64,000 bases of DNA from Nevskiales bacterium. Lineage in GTDB: Bacteria; Pseudomonadota; Gammaproteobacteria; Nevskiales; CAJXLF01. The number at the start of each line of letters is the position of its first letter. Within the stretch, counting starts at the first letter, position 1. Positions 1 through 10,073 of this stretch are shown in pieces. The translations under genes were made by a program, and so were the position numbers. The DNA lies in contig JBFJXR010000007.1 of NCBI GenBank assembly GCA_041622995.1, forward strand, positions 2,482 to 66,481, read 5' to 3'. The notes under the pieces were generated by a model. The model made no database searches, was not told the DNA's origin, and saw nothing but the letters and a program-made list of their open reading frames with translations.

Positions 1-1617
1 TGTGAAATGTGGCAATACCGGTTTATAAAGGGGCAGCAACTCTTCAGCCACAACAGGGCATTCTGTGGGAATCTCATGATCTGCAGGTACCAGATTGTCC
101 GGGTCTGTTGGGTCTGCCGTGGAAAAATGCACGTTGGCATAGGAATCAATCAAAGGATTGGTCGGGTTTTCGAAACTATTGCCTTCAATACAGAGTCCAT
201 TCTCGGGTTTCTTGAGTTCCCCGGCTTCATCAAATTTCCATGCATTCCATTTGCATTCCGGAATGGGGTCGAACTGGTAAAGATTGGGCCGCCCCCGTTC
301 ACTCACACGAGGCTCAGGGCGGTTAGTTTCGTTAGGATTGGGCTCGGTCAACGGAATGCCGTCCGAATCGACAGGAATCTTGTCGCAGTCGTTCGGCACA
401 TCCTGACCCCCGTCAAAGATGATATGAGCACTCTTGCCTGAATTTTTCAGAGCCAGAATAATGGGCAACATGGTGACGTTGTCACCCATACAACTCGGAT
501 CTTCACCCGGCCCCGGCAACCCGACTATCGGATTATCCGGGTGGCCCAGACAGGTACTACGATCAAGCTGCGGCAAGGCCGGCTGCGTGCCGTTATTGCT
601 AAATTTGTTGTTATAGATATGTACGCCTTCAGGAAAGAAGTCGTAGTTGGTCGCCGGTTCATTGGCATCGGCCAAACCGTAATTTACGACAGCAATACCT
701 ACCGTATTATTGTCGTAAATCTCATTGTCATATACCTCAACCTGATCACTGGCAAAGATCAGCATGCCAGTACCCTGAGGCACGGCAGCCACTATCGAGC
801 CGCGTGGGGCAAATTGAGGGACGTTGTTACTGAATGTTTTGTTCCGGTGGACCAGATTCTTCTCACCAAACTGCACGCGACCGGGCAGATCAAAAACAAG
901 AAAGCCGCCAACATTGTCGTGCGCAATGTTATCTACAAACTCGGCGCGATAGGTGTTTTCAAATTCAAAGCCAGCCACGTTATGAAATGCGGTTGTACGC
1001 TGAACAAGAATATCGCTGGACTGCCCGACATAAACACCTGCATCCGATGAACCCACGGACACGCAATCTTCTATAAGTATGTATCTTGAGACCACAGGAT
1101 AGAATGCATAGGCCCCATTGTCGCTCCAGCCTTCCATGCTGGCGTCGTAATTGGAGGACGCCGGGTCGGCATTTGACCAGCCGACTTTAACCCGACGCAT
1201 CGTAATGTGCTCGGAACGGAAGATTCGCAAACCATTACCAGGTGCATCGTAGATCGTCAGGTCTTCAATCACCACACCATCGGTCTGGTTTATGTTGATA
1301 CCATCCTGTGCCGGGCTATTGGCAAATGACAGTATGGTCTTATCCATACCAGCACCAACCAGGTTAATACCCCTCTTGCCCGTCATGGTCAGGCCCGTAG
1401 TGAAATCGAACTGACCTTCGCAGAATTCAATGGTATCGCCTTCACGAGCCTCGAAGAATGCAATGAGTGCCTGCTTCTGGGCATCAGCGCCACAAACGGT
1501 ATGGGTCTGGGCCTGGATAATTGCACCACCCTCATCGCTTGAACCACCGCAAGAGGTGATCAGGGCAACCAGCAGAGACCAAAAGAAAACAGTGGCAGCA
1601 CGATTGAATCTACACAT
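1..1617 (-). CDS. Parallel beta-helix repeat lipoprotein (TIGR03805-like), 3' end runs off the window
   Basis: Not in the ORF track because its stop is outside the window. Segments translated by hand from ATG 1617 (GGAG upstream): MCRFNRAATVFFWSLLVALITSCGGSS (lipobox ITSC), then GDTIEFCEGQFDF, NGAYAFYPV, GSSDAGVYVGQ; still in frame at base 1. Confidence 0.8.
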   Translation of the reverse strand, partial: MCRFNRAATVFFWSLLVALITSCGGSSDEGGAIIQAQTHTVCGADAQKQALIAFFEAREGDTIEFCEGQFDFTTGLTMTGKRGINLVGAGMDKTILSFANSPAQDGININQTDGVVIEDLTIYDAPGNGLRIFRSEHITMRRVKVGWSNADPASSNYDASMEGWSDNGAYAFYPVVSRYILIEDCVSVGSSDAGVYVGQSSDILVQRTTAFHNVAGFEFENTYRAEFVDNIAHDNVGGFLVFDLPGRVQFGEKNLVHRNKTFSNNVPQFAPRGSIVAAVPQGTGMLIFASDQVEVYDNEIYDNNTVGIAVVNYGLADANEPATNYDFFPEGVHIYNNKFSNNGTQPALPQLDRSTCLGHPDNPIVGLPGPGEDPSCMGDNVTMLPIILALKNSGKSAHIIFDGGQDVPNDCDKIPVDSDGIPLTEPNPNETNRPEPRVSERGRPNLYQFDPIPECKWNAWKFDEAGELKKPENGLCIEGNSFENPTNPLIDSYANVHFSTADPTDPDNLVPADHEIPTECPVVAEELLPLYKPVLPHFT

Positions 1618-1769
1618 CAGAAAACTCCGGGCGGCTTATGCCGCACTAATATTTCTGGCGATGGACAGTTCGCCTTCTCCTACCTCAAAACATACTAACG
1701 AACTGCAGGGGTGTTGCCTAGGGCAAGGTTACCGGGAAAGTCCGCAGACAATTGCCACTTGCAGCCTGA

Positions 1770-3209
1770 TCAGAACCTGCGATGCACCTTCCAGGGCGGC
1801 ACCCACCCACCCATTAACTCTTCAAGCTTCATGGCAACGGAAATCGTCACATGATCGTGTCCCGGTGGTCCAATCACCTGTACGCCGAGAGGCAACCCCT
1901 GATCGTCCAGCCCGAGGGGCACCTGGGTTGCCGGCAATTGCATGACATTAATAATGCCGCAATACACCCAGTCAAAGGTGCGTGCCATGGGTACAAAATG
2001 TTTTGGCGCACTACAGGTATAGGGTGGCATGATGATGACGCCATCATCACCCATCAGATCCAGCATCTTTTCCCGTAGTACGACGCCCATTTCCAGATAC
2101 TTCCGGGGCAGGGGTACTTTTTCTGTCACCGCCAGCATTAATGCAGGTAGCGTATGATCTGACTGACGAATCGACCACTTGGCCAACTCCTTGATAATGG
2201 CCGTGTCCTTTCCGTTACCGAGCTGATTACTGAAGCTTGGCCCCCCTGCTTCTGCCAGCATTGCCCCCCAGATTTCGAAAGATTTTCTGAGTTCGGTGAT
2301 TCTCGTACTCTGCACGGATTTAACATGGGGCGTCAGAGCTTCAATTGCCCTTTTCTGTGCCTGACGCATATCCTGGCTAACGCGCTGGCGACCATTGCCC
2401 GAAATATTGATTAACCTTAAGGTCTCCAGTGAAACTGAACGCAGGTCTCCGACTGGCACAGTGCCACTCAGATTATCTCCAGCATCAGGACCGGACAATA
2501 TCTGCAACAGCGGCATCAGGTCTTCAGCCCGTCTGGCCAGCGGCCCCGTCACACAGTATTTAAGTATGTCGCCCGACGGCATCGGCACCTGATCGGTATT
2601 TGGCACTATGCCCGGCGTTGGTTTATGACCAAAGACACCATTAAAAAATGCCGGCATCCGTATGGATCCGCCAACATCAGCACCCAGACCAAACGGGGAT
2701 GCCCCGGAACCAATGATGGCGCCCTCTCCGCCAGATGAACCGCCAACAATATGAGCAGGGTCATAAGGATTATTACTGCGACCATAGACCCTGTTATTAC
2801 TTTCCATCCACATGCAAAGTTCGGAGGTATTCGTCACGCCCAACGGTATGGCACCCGCCGCCCGGAAACGAGCCACCGTCGGGGCATCATGATCAGAGAT
2901 GATGTTTTTTCTTGCGACCAGACCAGAGGCCTGTGGCATGCCGGTAAATGCGAAATTCTCTTTAATGGTACAGGGCACACCATGCAGAGGAGGGAGGTTA
3001 TTCGTGCGCTTGGCAACCTGATTATCCGCTGCGTCTGCATCTTTTAGCGCTGCTGAAAACCTGTCTTTCACAATCGCATTCAGGTAAGGATTCACCCGTC
3101 TGGCATGATCAATATGGACCTCCACAACTTCCCGGGATGTCACTTCCTTGTTCTTGATCCGTCGTGCCAGTTCAATGGCCGAAAGGGTCAGTAATTCACT
3201 CTGCATCAT
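1770..3209 (-). CDS. Amidase-signature enzyme, fatty-acid amide hydrolase (FAAH2)-like
   Basis: Catalytic Lys in CTIKE, GGSSGGE, and GADVGGSIRMPA (Ser-cisSer-Lys triad). Confidence 0.88.
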   Translation of the reverse strand: MMQSELLTLSAIELARRIKNKEVTSREVVEVHIDHARRVNPYLNAIVKDRFSAALKDADAADNQVAKRTNNLPPLHGVPCTIKENFAFTGMPQASGLVARKNIISDHDAPTVARFRAAGAIPLGVTNTSELCMWMESNNRVYGRSNNPYDPAHIVGGSSGGEGAIIGSGASPFGLGADVGGSIRMPAFFNGVFGHKPTPGIVPNTDQVPMPSGDILKYCVTGPLARRAEDLMPLLQILSGPDAGDNLSGTVPVGDLRSVSLETLRLINISGNGRQRVSQDMRQAQKRAIEALTPHVKSVQSTRITELRKSFEIWGAMLAEAGGPSFSNQLGNGKDTAIIKELAKWSIRQSDHTLPALMLAVTEKVPLPRKYLEMGVVLREKMLDLMGDDGVIIMPPYTCSAPKHFVPMARTFDWVYCGIINVMQLPATQVPLGLDDQGLPLGVQVIGPPGHDHVTISVAMKLEELMGGWVPPWKVHRRF

Positions 3210-3273
3210 TCATTCTCATAAAACCGTAGCGAGAAGGCTTGCACGGCCTGACCACACGCGTCAATGTATCCGG

Positions 3274-4533
3274 ATGTGTGACACCCAAGTACTCATTGAT
3301 GAACATGGCGTCTGGTTCGCCAAGAACTCGGATCGCGAACCTTCCGAGGCTCAGGCCGTTATTCGCCTACCCGCCGTCTACGGCGATAAAACATCTACGT
3401 TGCATACCACCTACCTCGAAATCGGGCAGGTGCCGGATCGCCACTCTGTCATATTGTCCAAGCCTCATTGGATGTGGGGCGCTGAAATCGGCGCCAATGA
3501 TGCCGGCGTCGTGATTGGCAATGAGGCGATATTCTCCAAGCTGAGAACTCTGGAGCCCGGCTTGCTGGGCATGGACCTCTTGCGTCTCGGGCTCGAACGC
3601 GGCGCAACTGCCAGAGAAGCTATGGATGTGATCACCTGGCATCTGGAGAAATATGGGCAAGGTGGCCCTGCAGGTTTCCGTGATAAGAAATTTCACTACG
3701 ACAACAGTTTTATTATTGCCGACCCCATGGAAGCCTGGGTGCTGGAAACGGCAGGACGCGTCTGGGTGGCCAAGCGAGTATCCGGATCACACGCCATTTC
3801 CAATTGCCTGACGATTGGCACCGACTATGATGTGCATGCCGAGAACCTTGAAGTCATGGCCCGAACCTGTGGGCACGTGGGTGGCAAAGTCGACTTTGCC
3901 AGGACTTTTGATACGAAAATCATGCCCTACTTTGCAGGCTCCCATCAGCGTGTGGTCTATGCCGACATGTGCCTGTTTGATCGAAAACAAACTGGCGCCA
4001 GCCTGGCCGGCATGATGTCTCACCTGAGAATGCACGCAGCCGGCAATGAAGACCCGACCAAAGGCAGTAAGGTGGACATCTGCATGCATGCAGCCGGCCC
4101 TATTCGCCGAAGCCAGACCTGTGGCTCGATGATTTCCCATTTAAGCAAGAACGGTAATGAACATTTACTGACGGGTACTTCGGCGCCCTGCCTGTCTTTG
4201 TTCAGGCCGATTGCGTTTGATAGCAATGAATACTCCGTGATCTCGAAGCCGAATGCTGATGTGTCCGAAACCCTGTGGCGCCGTTTTGAGCCGATACACC
4301 GTCGTGCCCTGTTTGAAACTGAATTGAGAAATACCCTGCGACTATCCCGTGATCAGGCTCAACGAAAAATTCTTGAACTACTTGAGGGGGGCACACGTCT
4401 GGAAGCCGATGTGGTCGCTCGTGAATGGGAATCTGGACTGGCAGAACTGGCATCAACCTCAAAAGCCGACAAACCGCTGACTGTGACCGGAGCACTGTGG
4501 CGGCATCTTGATCGGATAGATGGTTTTGTGTGA
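3274..4533 (+). CDS. Peptidase C69/secernin-like N-terminal nucleophile hydrolase
   Basis: Start moved to ATG 3274, giving N-terminal M-C-D-T (nucleophile Cys2); FAKNSDR, WMWGAEIGAN, GMDLLRLGLER, ICMH. Confidence 0.85.
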   Translation: MCDTQVLIDEHGVWFAKNSDREPSEAQAVIRLPAVYGDKTSTLHTTYLEIGQVPDRHSVILSKPHWMWGAEIGANDAGVVIGNEAIFSKLRTLEPGLLGMDLLRLGLERGATAREAMDVITWHLEKYGQGGPAGFRDKKFHYDNSFIIADPMEAWVLETAGRVWVAKRVSGSHAISNCLTIGTDYDVHAENLEVMARTCGHVGGKVDFARTFDTKIMPYFAGSHQRVVYADMCLFDRKQTGASLAGMMSHLRMHAAGNEDPTKGSKVDICMHAAGPIRRSQTCGSMISHLSKNGNEHLLTGTSAPCLSLFRPIAFDSNEYSVISKPNADVSETLWRRFEPIHRRALFETELRNTLRLSRDQAQRKILELLEGGTRLEADVVAREWESGLAELASTSKADKPLTVTGALWRHLDRIDGFV

Positions 4534-4544
4534 GGTTGTTGCCA

Positions 4545-4668
4545 CCCCCTCCCTAATACCCCCCTCAAGGGAGAGGGAACTTTGAGTAATCGGAAACATT
4601 GCCCCCTCTCCCCACCGGGGTGAGTAGGCTTCAGATCCTCTCGCCTCAGGAGAGACAGTTGGGATGGT
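4545..4668. repeat. Degenerate CCCCTCTCCC...GGGAGAGGG-type intergenic palindromic (REP-like) cluster
   Basis: CCCCCTCCCTAATACCCCCCTCAAGGGAGAGGG, CCCCCTCTCCCCACCGGGGTGAG and TCCTCTCGCCTCAGGAGAGA units. Confidence 0.55.
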
Positions 4669-4711
4669 GAAAAATATTGATATGATGTCAGGCTGTTACT
4701 GAGAGAAAGCC

Positions 4712-6073
4712 ATGTCACAACAAATCTGGGACTGCATCATCATAGGCGCCGGCGCAGCTGGCCTTTCTGCTGCACGTCATCTCAGCCGTAACGGTAAGAA
4801 AGTACTGGTACTGGAAGCACGTGATCGAGTGGGTGGCCGCACCTACACCGTAACCGCTGACTGCGGCATGCCGGTCGATATTGGCGGCCAATGGCTCGGC
4901 CCCGGCCAGAATCGTGCGCTGGCATTAGCCGAAGAACTGGATCTCACATTGTGGCCACAGCCCGAGCATGGAATACACATTCTCAAGGTCAATGGCAAAC
5001 AACGCAGTTTCAAGGGCAACACCCCTTCCCTGCCAATACTCTCTCTTCTGGAAATGCAGATCACCATTTGGCGTATCGACGCATTCGCCAAACGCATTCT
5101 GGCCGAAGCCCCACAGGACTCAGAAACGGCTGCTCAATGGGATCAAACGACAGTCGGGCAGTGGATGAAAAAACATGTACACAGCGCCAATACGCGAGCC
5201 GTATTTACCGCCGCAATCCATGCCGTTTTCGCTACCGAGCCCGAAGAACTATCGATGCTGCAGTTCCTGTTTTATCTGAAAAGTGCTGGTGGCCTGATGC
5301 CATTAATCAGTGCACAGGGCGGCGCACAGGAGCAACGCATTACCGGCGGCGCACAGCAACTCTCCGAAGGACTGGCCAGCTTTGCCCGCACCAAGGGTGC
5401 ACAAATCAGGCTGGCCACCCCCGTAAGACATATCGACCAGGATGAAGATATCGTCAGCGTCATCACCGATACCGGCACTGAACGGGCACAGCGCATCATT
5501 GTTGCTATGGCTCCGGCGCAGGCCAACACGATTGAATTCTCCCCTAACCTGCCAACCCAACGTCAGCAGTTAATGAACCGCATGCCGATGGGCTCGGCCA
5601 TCAAGGTGGTACTGGTCTATAGCAAACCGTTCTGGCGGGAGAATGGATTATCGGGTGAAATGGTTTGTGACGAAGCGCCTTTACGGATGACCTTCGACTC
5701 GACTCCGCCGGATTCTGAAGAAGGCGCTCTGGTCGGATTTATTATCGGCGCAGAAGCAGCACGCTGGAGCGAACAGCCCGAAGTGATACGTCGCGGTGAA
5801 GTTTGCCGACAGCTCACACACTACTTTGGTAAAGAAGCCGGCACGCCTATCCAATACATTGAAAAAGACTGGTGCTCCGACGAATGGTCTCAGGGCTGCT
5901 ACGTCGGGCTGATGCCGCCGGGCGTGATGACCCGACTTGGTCACGTAATTCGCGAACCCGTTGGACGCATTCACTGGGCGGGCACAGAAACCGCCACGGT
6001 CTGGAATGGTTATATTGATGGCGCCATTCAGTCAGGCGAACGGGCAGCAGAAGAGATACTCAAGGCCGGTTAA
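4712..6073 (+). CDS. Flavin monoamine oxidase family protein
   Basis: GAGAAG Rossmann motif, LEARDRVGGRT, DIGGQW, WSQGCY, HWAGTETATVWNGYIDGAIQSG. Confidence 0.9.
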   Translation: MSQQIWDCIIIGAGAAGLSAARHLSRNGKKVLVLEARDRVGGRTYTVTADCGMPVDIGGQWLGPGQNRALALAEELDLTLWPQPEHGIHILKVNGKQRSFKGNTPSLPILSLLEMQITIWRIDAFAKRILAEAPQDSETAAQWDQTTVGQWMKKHVHSANTRAVFTAAIHAVFATEPEELSMLQFLFYLKSAGGLMPLISAQGGAQEQRITGGAQQLSEGLASFARTKGAQIRLATPVRHIDQDEDIVSVITDTGTERAQRIIVAMAPAQANTIEFSPNLPTQRQQLMNRMPMGSAIKVVLVYSKPFWRENGLSGEMVCDEAPLRMTFDSTPPDSEEGALVGFIIGAEAARWSEQPEVIRRGEVCRQLTHYFGKEAGTPIQYIEKDWCSDEWSQGCYVGLMPPGVMTRLGHVIREPVGRIHWAGTETATVWNGYIDGAIQSGERAAEEILKAG

Positions 6074-6110
6074 ACTTGGCCCATCCAGAATTCTAGTCTC
6101 AGGAACTTTC

Positions 6111-6881
6111 ATGGCACAGGCAATTAACGGAAAGAAGATCATCCTAACAGGATCATCAAGCGGCATCGGCCGAGCGGCGGCGATACAGCTTGCAGCCCAG
6201 GGGGCCGAGATGTTTCTGATGGCACGACGTGAAGAGGAATTGCGTACTGCACAGAATGAAATTCAAGACGCGGGCGGCATTGCCCATATTTTCCCGACAG
6301 ATTTAACCGATCTTGAAGGGCTCGACTCCCTAATCGATGGCATTCTGGCTGAACACGGCAAGATCGATGTGCTTGTTAATAATGCCGGCCGCTCAATCCG
6401 GCGCTCCGTAGAAAAATCGCTGGATCGCTTTCACGACTACGAGCGCTGCATGCAGATCAATTACTTTGCGGCCATGCGCCTCACTCTCAAAGTGCTGCCG
6501 TCCATGCTGGAATCGGGTGACGGTCATGTAGTGAATGTACTCACCTGGGGCACACTCATGCCCTCCGCCTATTTCACCGCATACGCTGCCAGCAAATGTG
6601 CATTGGGCTCAGCCACACAGGGTATGGATGCCGAGCTTCGATCCAAAGGTGTTGCGTTCACCGGCATCCACTATCCACTCGTTCATACGCCCATGAGTTC
6701 ACCGACAGATCACTACAATAAATTACCTGGCATGAGCCCGGAGCAAGCGGGGAAATGGATTGTAAAAGCAGTCAAAAAGCGGCCAGCGAGAATCGCACCT
6801 TCCTATGCTGTGATGGCGGGTGTAAATAACACCCTCTTCCCAAGGCTTTCAGCAGCTGTGGCCGGTAAACTTAAATTCTAG
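6111..6881 (+). CDS. Short-chain dehydrogenase, Acr1-type fatty acyl-CoA reductase-like
   Basis: TGSSSGIG, NNAGRSIRRS..SLDRFHDYERCMQINYF, YAASK; ATG 6111 with AGGA upstream. Confidence 0.8.
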   Translation: MAQAINGKKIILTGSSSGIGRAAAIQLAAQGAEMFLMARREEELRTAQNEIQDAGGIAHIFPTDLTDLEGLDSLIDGILAEHGKIDVLVNNAGRSIRRSVEKSLDRFHDYERCMQINYFAAMRLTLKVLPSMLESGDGHVVNVLTWGTLMPSAYFTAYAASKCALGSATQGMDAELRSKGVAFTGIHYPLVHTPMSSPTDHYNKLPGMSPEQAGKWIVKAVKKRPARIAPSYAVMAGVNNTLFPRLSAAVAGKLKF

Positions 6882-6888
6882 ATACTGA

Positions 6889-8025
6889 TTATTTCTTCAT
6901 GCTGTTAATGAACAGCCTGTTTTCTGCTTCAATTAACAAATCAAAGTCTGGGCTCAAACTATTGTGCCTACTAAAATCAGACAGACCTGTAATTGAATAA
7001 TCAATGTTGCCCGCACTTACAAATGAAGCCGGCATCAGGTCTAAACGATTTTTAATCTGAATCTCGTCTACACCGGGATTCCAGAGAACGAAAACTTTAT
7101 CCCGAATGCGTCCCCAGCGAGTACCCTCACCCAGCAACATCCTCACGTGCGATGCAGTTTGCTGCAATGCATGACTATAAATTTCCGTATCCGGCAAGTT
7201 TGCCTGGTCTGCAACCGGGCGATGCTGGAGCATGGCAATTTTTAAATCCGGGTGTGACGCCAGGTCAGTTTTTAATCTGCGCCGCACTCCAGCCTCATTT
7301 AACCCTCCGGTTACTGAGTCTATTATTTCAGCATCTGCAAGACTTTCACTTTGCTCCTGTAAACTCAGATTTTCCAGCACAATCACCCGCACTATTTCAC
7401 CGTGATTACTGTAATTCATGTTAGCTAAAAGCGCCGTATGAATTGGCAACAGGGTGACACAGACCAACGTCCAGAGTGTTCCCGATGACAACTCCCCGTT
7501 ACCAGTTTGCAGCCACATGGATGAGAGCGTAATAAGCGTCGCCAGCGCAGCAAAAATCAATGTCAGAAGCCAGGCAGTTTTCGGGATCAAATAAGCATGT
7601 ATGAATAATATGCCGACCGGGACATAACCGAGCACATAAGGAATTGAACTGTCGGCCGCCGTTAATAAACGTGAGCCGTGCAAAGCATTAAACAGCAGGG
7701 CAAGCATCACCGTCAGAGTGCCTACAATCCACCAGAACAACAAGCCATAAAGACTTTGTTCATTTACACGCAGCATAATCATCGTGCTAACCAAATAGCC
7801 AAGCGCCAACACGCCTGACAACACGGCATCGATGATATCCAGTTCATGAGTCCAGTAGGAAGTGATCACCAGGGTAATCATGGCGCTTACGCCAAGAATC
7901 GTTGCCAGTAACATCCGGTTTTTCTGCGCCAACATACCTTTTGCCAGCACAAGCCGTTGAGCTTGTACAGAATCGTCGGCCAGGTGCAACGGCAATTGAT
8001 GCGCCTCTAACCCCTGCTCATCCAT
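6889..8025 (-). CDS. Multi-pass membrane protein with degenerate GGDEF-like C-terminal domain
   Basis: About 6 hydrophobic segments; DSVTGGLN resembles DxLTGLxN; WGRIRDKVF sits at the RxGGDEF position; ATG 8025 overlaps the upstream stop. Confidence 0.6.
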   Translation of the reverse strand: MDEQGLEAHQLPLHLADDSVQAQRLVLAKGMLAQKNRMLLATILGVSAMITLVITSYWTHELDIIDAVLSGVLALGYLVSTMIMLRVNEQSLYGLLFWWIVGTLTVMLALLFNALHGSRLLTAADSSIPYVLGYVPVGILFIHAYLIPKTAWLLTLIFAALATLITLSSMWLQTGNGELSSGTLWTLVCVTLLPIHTALLANMNYSNHGEIVRVIVLENLSLQEQSESLADAEIIDSVTGGLNEAGVRRRLKTDLASHPDLKIAMLQHRPVADQANLPDTEIYSHALQQTASHVRMLLGEGTRWGRIRDKVFVLWNPGVDEIQIKNRLDLMPASFVSAGNIDYSITGLSDFSRHNSLSPDFDLLIEAENRLFINSMKK

Positions 8026-9124
8026 GCTTTTGTGCAGCCTCCGCAGCTTCATTGACAAGGGTCAAAAGGCCATCACGATCTATTTGCCGAAAGTCTTTAC
8101 CCAGATGCGTGGAGAAAACAATTGGCCGTATCTCTTCCTGCTCAACCCAGACTGGACGCATCATAAGATTTACAAATTTGATCTGCCCTTCCAATTGCTC
8201 ATCAGTCCAGCTTGGCGTCCAGGCCAGAAATACATTTTCAAGTGGTCGACCTGCTACAACCCCCTCCCCACGCAAATTACTCAGTATTACGGCAACTTCA
8301 TGTGAGTAAGCCTTGAAACCTGCATCACCCAGTGACTGACGTAATGCCTGATGCCGGGGAATGACGATACCAAGAATCCGCTGACCCTCTTTCCTGTCTT
8401 CATTCAATCTGGCCAGAACCCCTGATAAATTAAAGACGCCTGTATCCTGATCTGTATGCATCGCAATGTTTTGTTCTTCTATTGCCTTACGCATTCTGGC
8501 TTGTGCGTCCAGCAACTCACGAATCACCTGCCCTTGAACATCAACCTGCATTCGAGCCAAAACACTCATATGGAATACGGCAGCAGTTACAATGCCAAAA
8601 ATCCAGATAGTGGCGATCGGATCTATTTCAAATCCGGGATAGGCCTGCCACAGATAGAAAAGAATGCCCAGAATATTCAGAGCGATAAATATACCCGTAA
8701 ACACCCGGGCATGACGCTCAATCTGGAAGGTATAAATATAGATAGTCACGACTGGAATAAACGGAATTATCCACGGCAGACTTCCGTCATAAATTTCTGT
8801 GCCATGCCCGCCCAGGAGCGCGTTAAAAAGCAGCAGAAATACTGAGAGCAATGTGAGGCTAATAATTATCTGGAAATGGCGATAACTATTATTTCGACCA
8901 CGTATATTGAATATGAATATGGCGCATAGGTACATAGCCAGCATCACGATAAAAATCATGATATCAGTCGTATTGATGGCATTCGTTAATGTGCTGAGAA
9001 GCGTCATCAGTGCGAATACAGAAACCAGCAGCAGGTTACTGACAAGTGGCAACAGGCGATTCCTGTCGATGCCAACCGCCAATGCCTTGATCTGCTCTGC
9101 TTCAGAATTTAATTCCGCAGACAA
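8018..9124 (-). CDS. Multi-pass membrane protein with degenerate GGDEF-like domain (likely paralogue of neighbour)
   Basis: About 6 TM segments, helical linker, TDQDTGVFN, AGRPLENVF at the RxGGDEF position. Confidence 0.6.
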   Translation of the reverse strand: MSAELNSEAEQIKALAVGIDRNRLLPLVSNLLLVSVFALMTLLSTLTNAINTTDIMIFIVMLAMYLCAIFIFNIRGRNNSYRHFQIIISLTLLSVFLLLFNALLGGHGTEIYDGSLPWIIPFIPVVTIYIYTFQIERHARVFTGIFIALNILGILFYLWQAYPGFEIDPIATIWIFGIVTAAVFHMSVLARMQVDVQGQVIRELLDAQARMRKAIEEQNIAMHTDQDTGVFNLSGVLARLNEDRKEGQRILGIVIPRHQALRQSLGDAGFKAYSHEVAVILSNLRGEGVVAGRPLENVFLAWTPSWTDEQLEGQIKFVNLMMRPVWVEQEEIRPIVFSTHLGKDFRQIDRDGLLTLVNEAAEAAQKHG

Positions 9125-9291
9125 TTCACGCTCCCGCCACTGTTAGATATAAAAGCGATCATGCTCATACCTGCCAGCCTTAAATACCACGTCATATCAG
9201 CCGGAAGGCTAATATGAAATTTTTATTCATATCCCATTCTTGCGGTATTAGTGTAACCGGTAATCCCCCAGCACTGTGAGCGTGGGGAACT

Positions 9292-10071
9292 TCAGTTCAT
9301 TGAACCCCACATTCCCGTCGAACCGCCCAGGGACCAGCCACCATCTACCGGCAGTACAACGCCATTCACATAGGCGGCCTTGTCAGAACATAGCCACAAG
9401 GCTGCCTCGGCAATTTCTTCCTTTTGCCCATAACGCTGCAGGGGAATGGTTTTAGTCAGTTTTTCAATGGCTTCCGGACCTGGAGATAACCGGTCCATGC
9501 CCTCAGTGCCTTCGATTGGCCCCGGTGCAATTGCATTGACACGAACGCCGGCCGGCCCCCACTCCATTGCAAGTGTGCGTGTCACTTGATCAACACCCGC
9601 CTTGGCTGCACAGGCATGTATCTGGAATGGTGTGGGCAGCCAGGATTGCGGTGCCGTGATATTGATGACGGTGGCACCCGGTTTTTTAAGATAGGCATAT
9701 GCCGCACGCAGCACATTGAAGGTGCCCAGCAAATCGATATCAACCACTGTCTTGAAGGCATTGGCTGAAAGTCCCAACGCTGGCGCGAGAAAATTACCCG
9801 CGGCCCCGGATATCAGCACGTCGATTTCACCCCATTGAGCGGCGGTGACAGAAAGTGCGTTTTCAATAGACTCATAGTCACGCACATCTGCCGAGAACCC
9901 TATGGCCTCAATGCCAAATCCCTGCAATTCGCTAACAGCCGCATCCACTTTCTCCTGCTTGCGACTCAGTACCGCCAGCCTTGCTCCCTGCTGTGCAAAG
10001 CCCCGGGCTATGCCGAGATTAATTCCACTGGTACCGCCGGCCACAAAAACAACCTTGTCTTTATAGTCCAT
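9292..10071 (-). CDS. SDR, peroxisomal-type 2,4-dienoyl-CoA reductase-like
   Basis: GGTSGIN, GAAGNFLAP, NAFKTVVDIDLLGTFN, HACAAKAGVD, PVDGG. Confidence 0.85.
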   Translation of the reverse strand: MDYKDKVVFVAGGTSGINLGIARGFAQQGARLAVLSRKQEKVDAAVSELQGFGIEAIGFSADVRDYESIENALSVTAAQWGEIDVLISGAAGNFLAPALGLSANAFKTVVDIDLLGTFNVLRAAYAYLKKPGATVINITAPQSWLPTPFQIHACAAKAGVDQVTRTLAMEWGPAGVRVNAIAPGPIEGTEGMDRLSPGPEAIEKLTKTIPLQRYGQKEEIAEAALWLCSDKAAYVNGVVLPVDGGWSLGGSTGMWGSMN

Positions 10072-10073
10072 GC

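Noticed and set aside
7-1945. Plus-strand ORFs 7..441, 541..1050 and 1430..1945
   Set aside because: Antisense shadows of the minus-strand beta-helix gene (and the amidase 3' end); no recognisable motifs
3148-3273. N-terminal extensions in the ORF track (also starts at 5961, 26900, 34368, 46860, 51960, 54821)
   Set aside because: They overlap neighbouring genes; downstream ATGs fit the RBS position or family N-termini better
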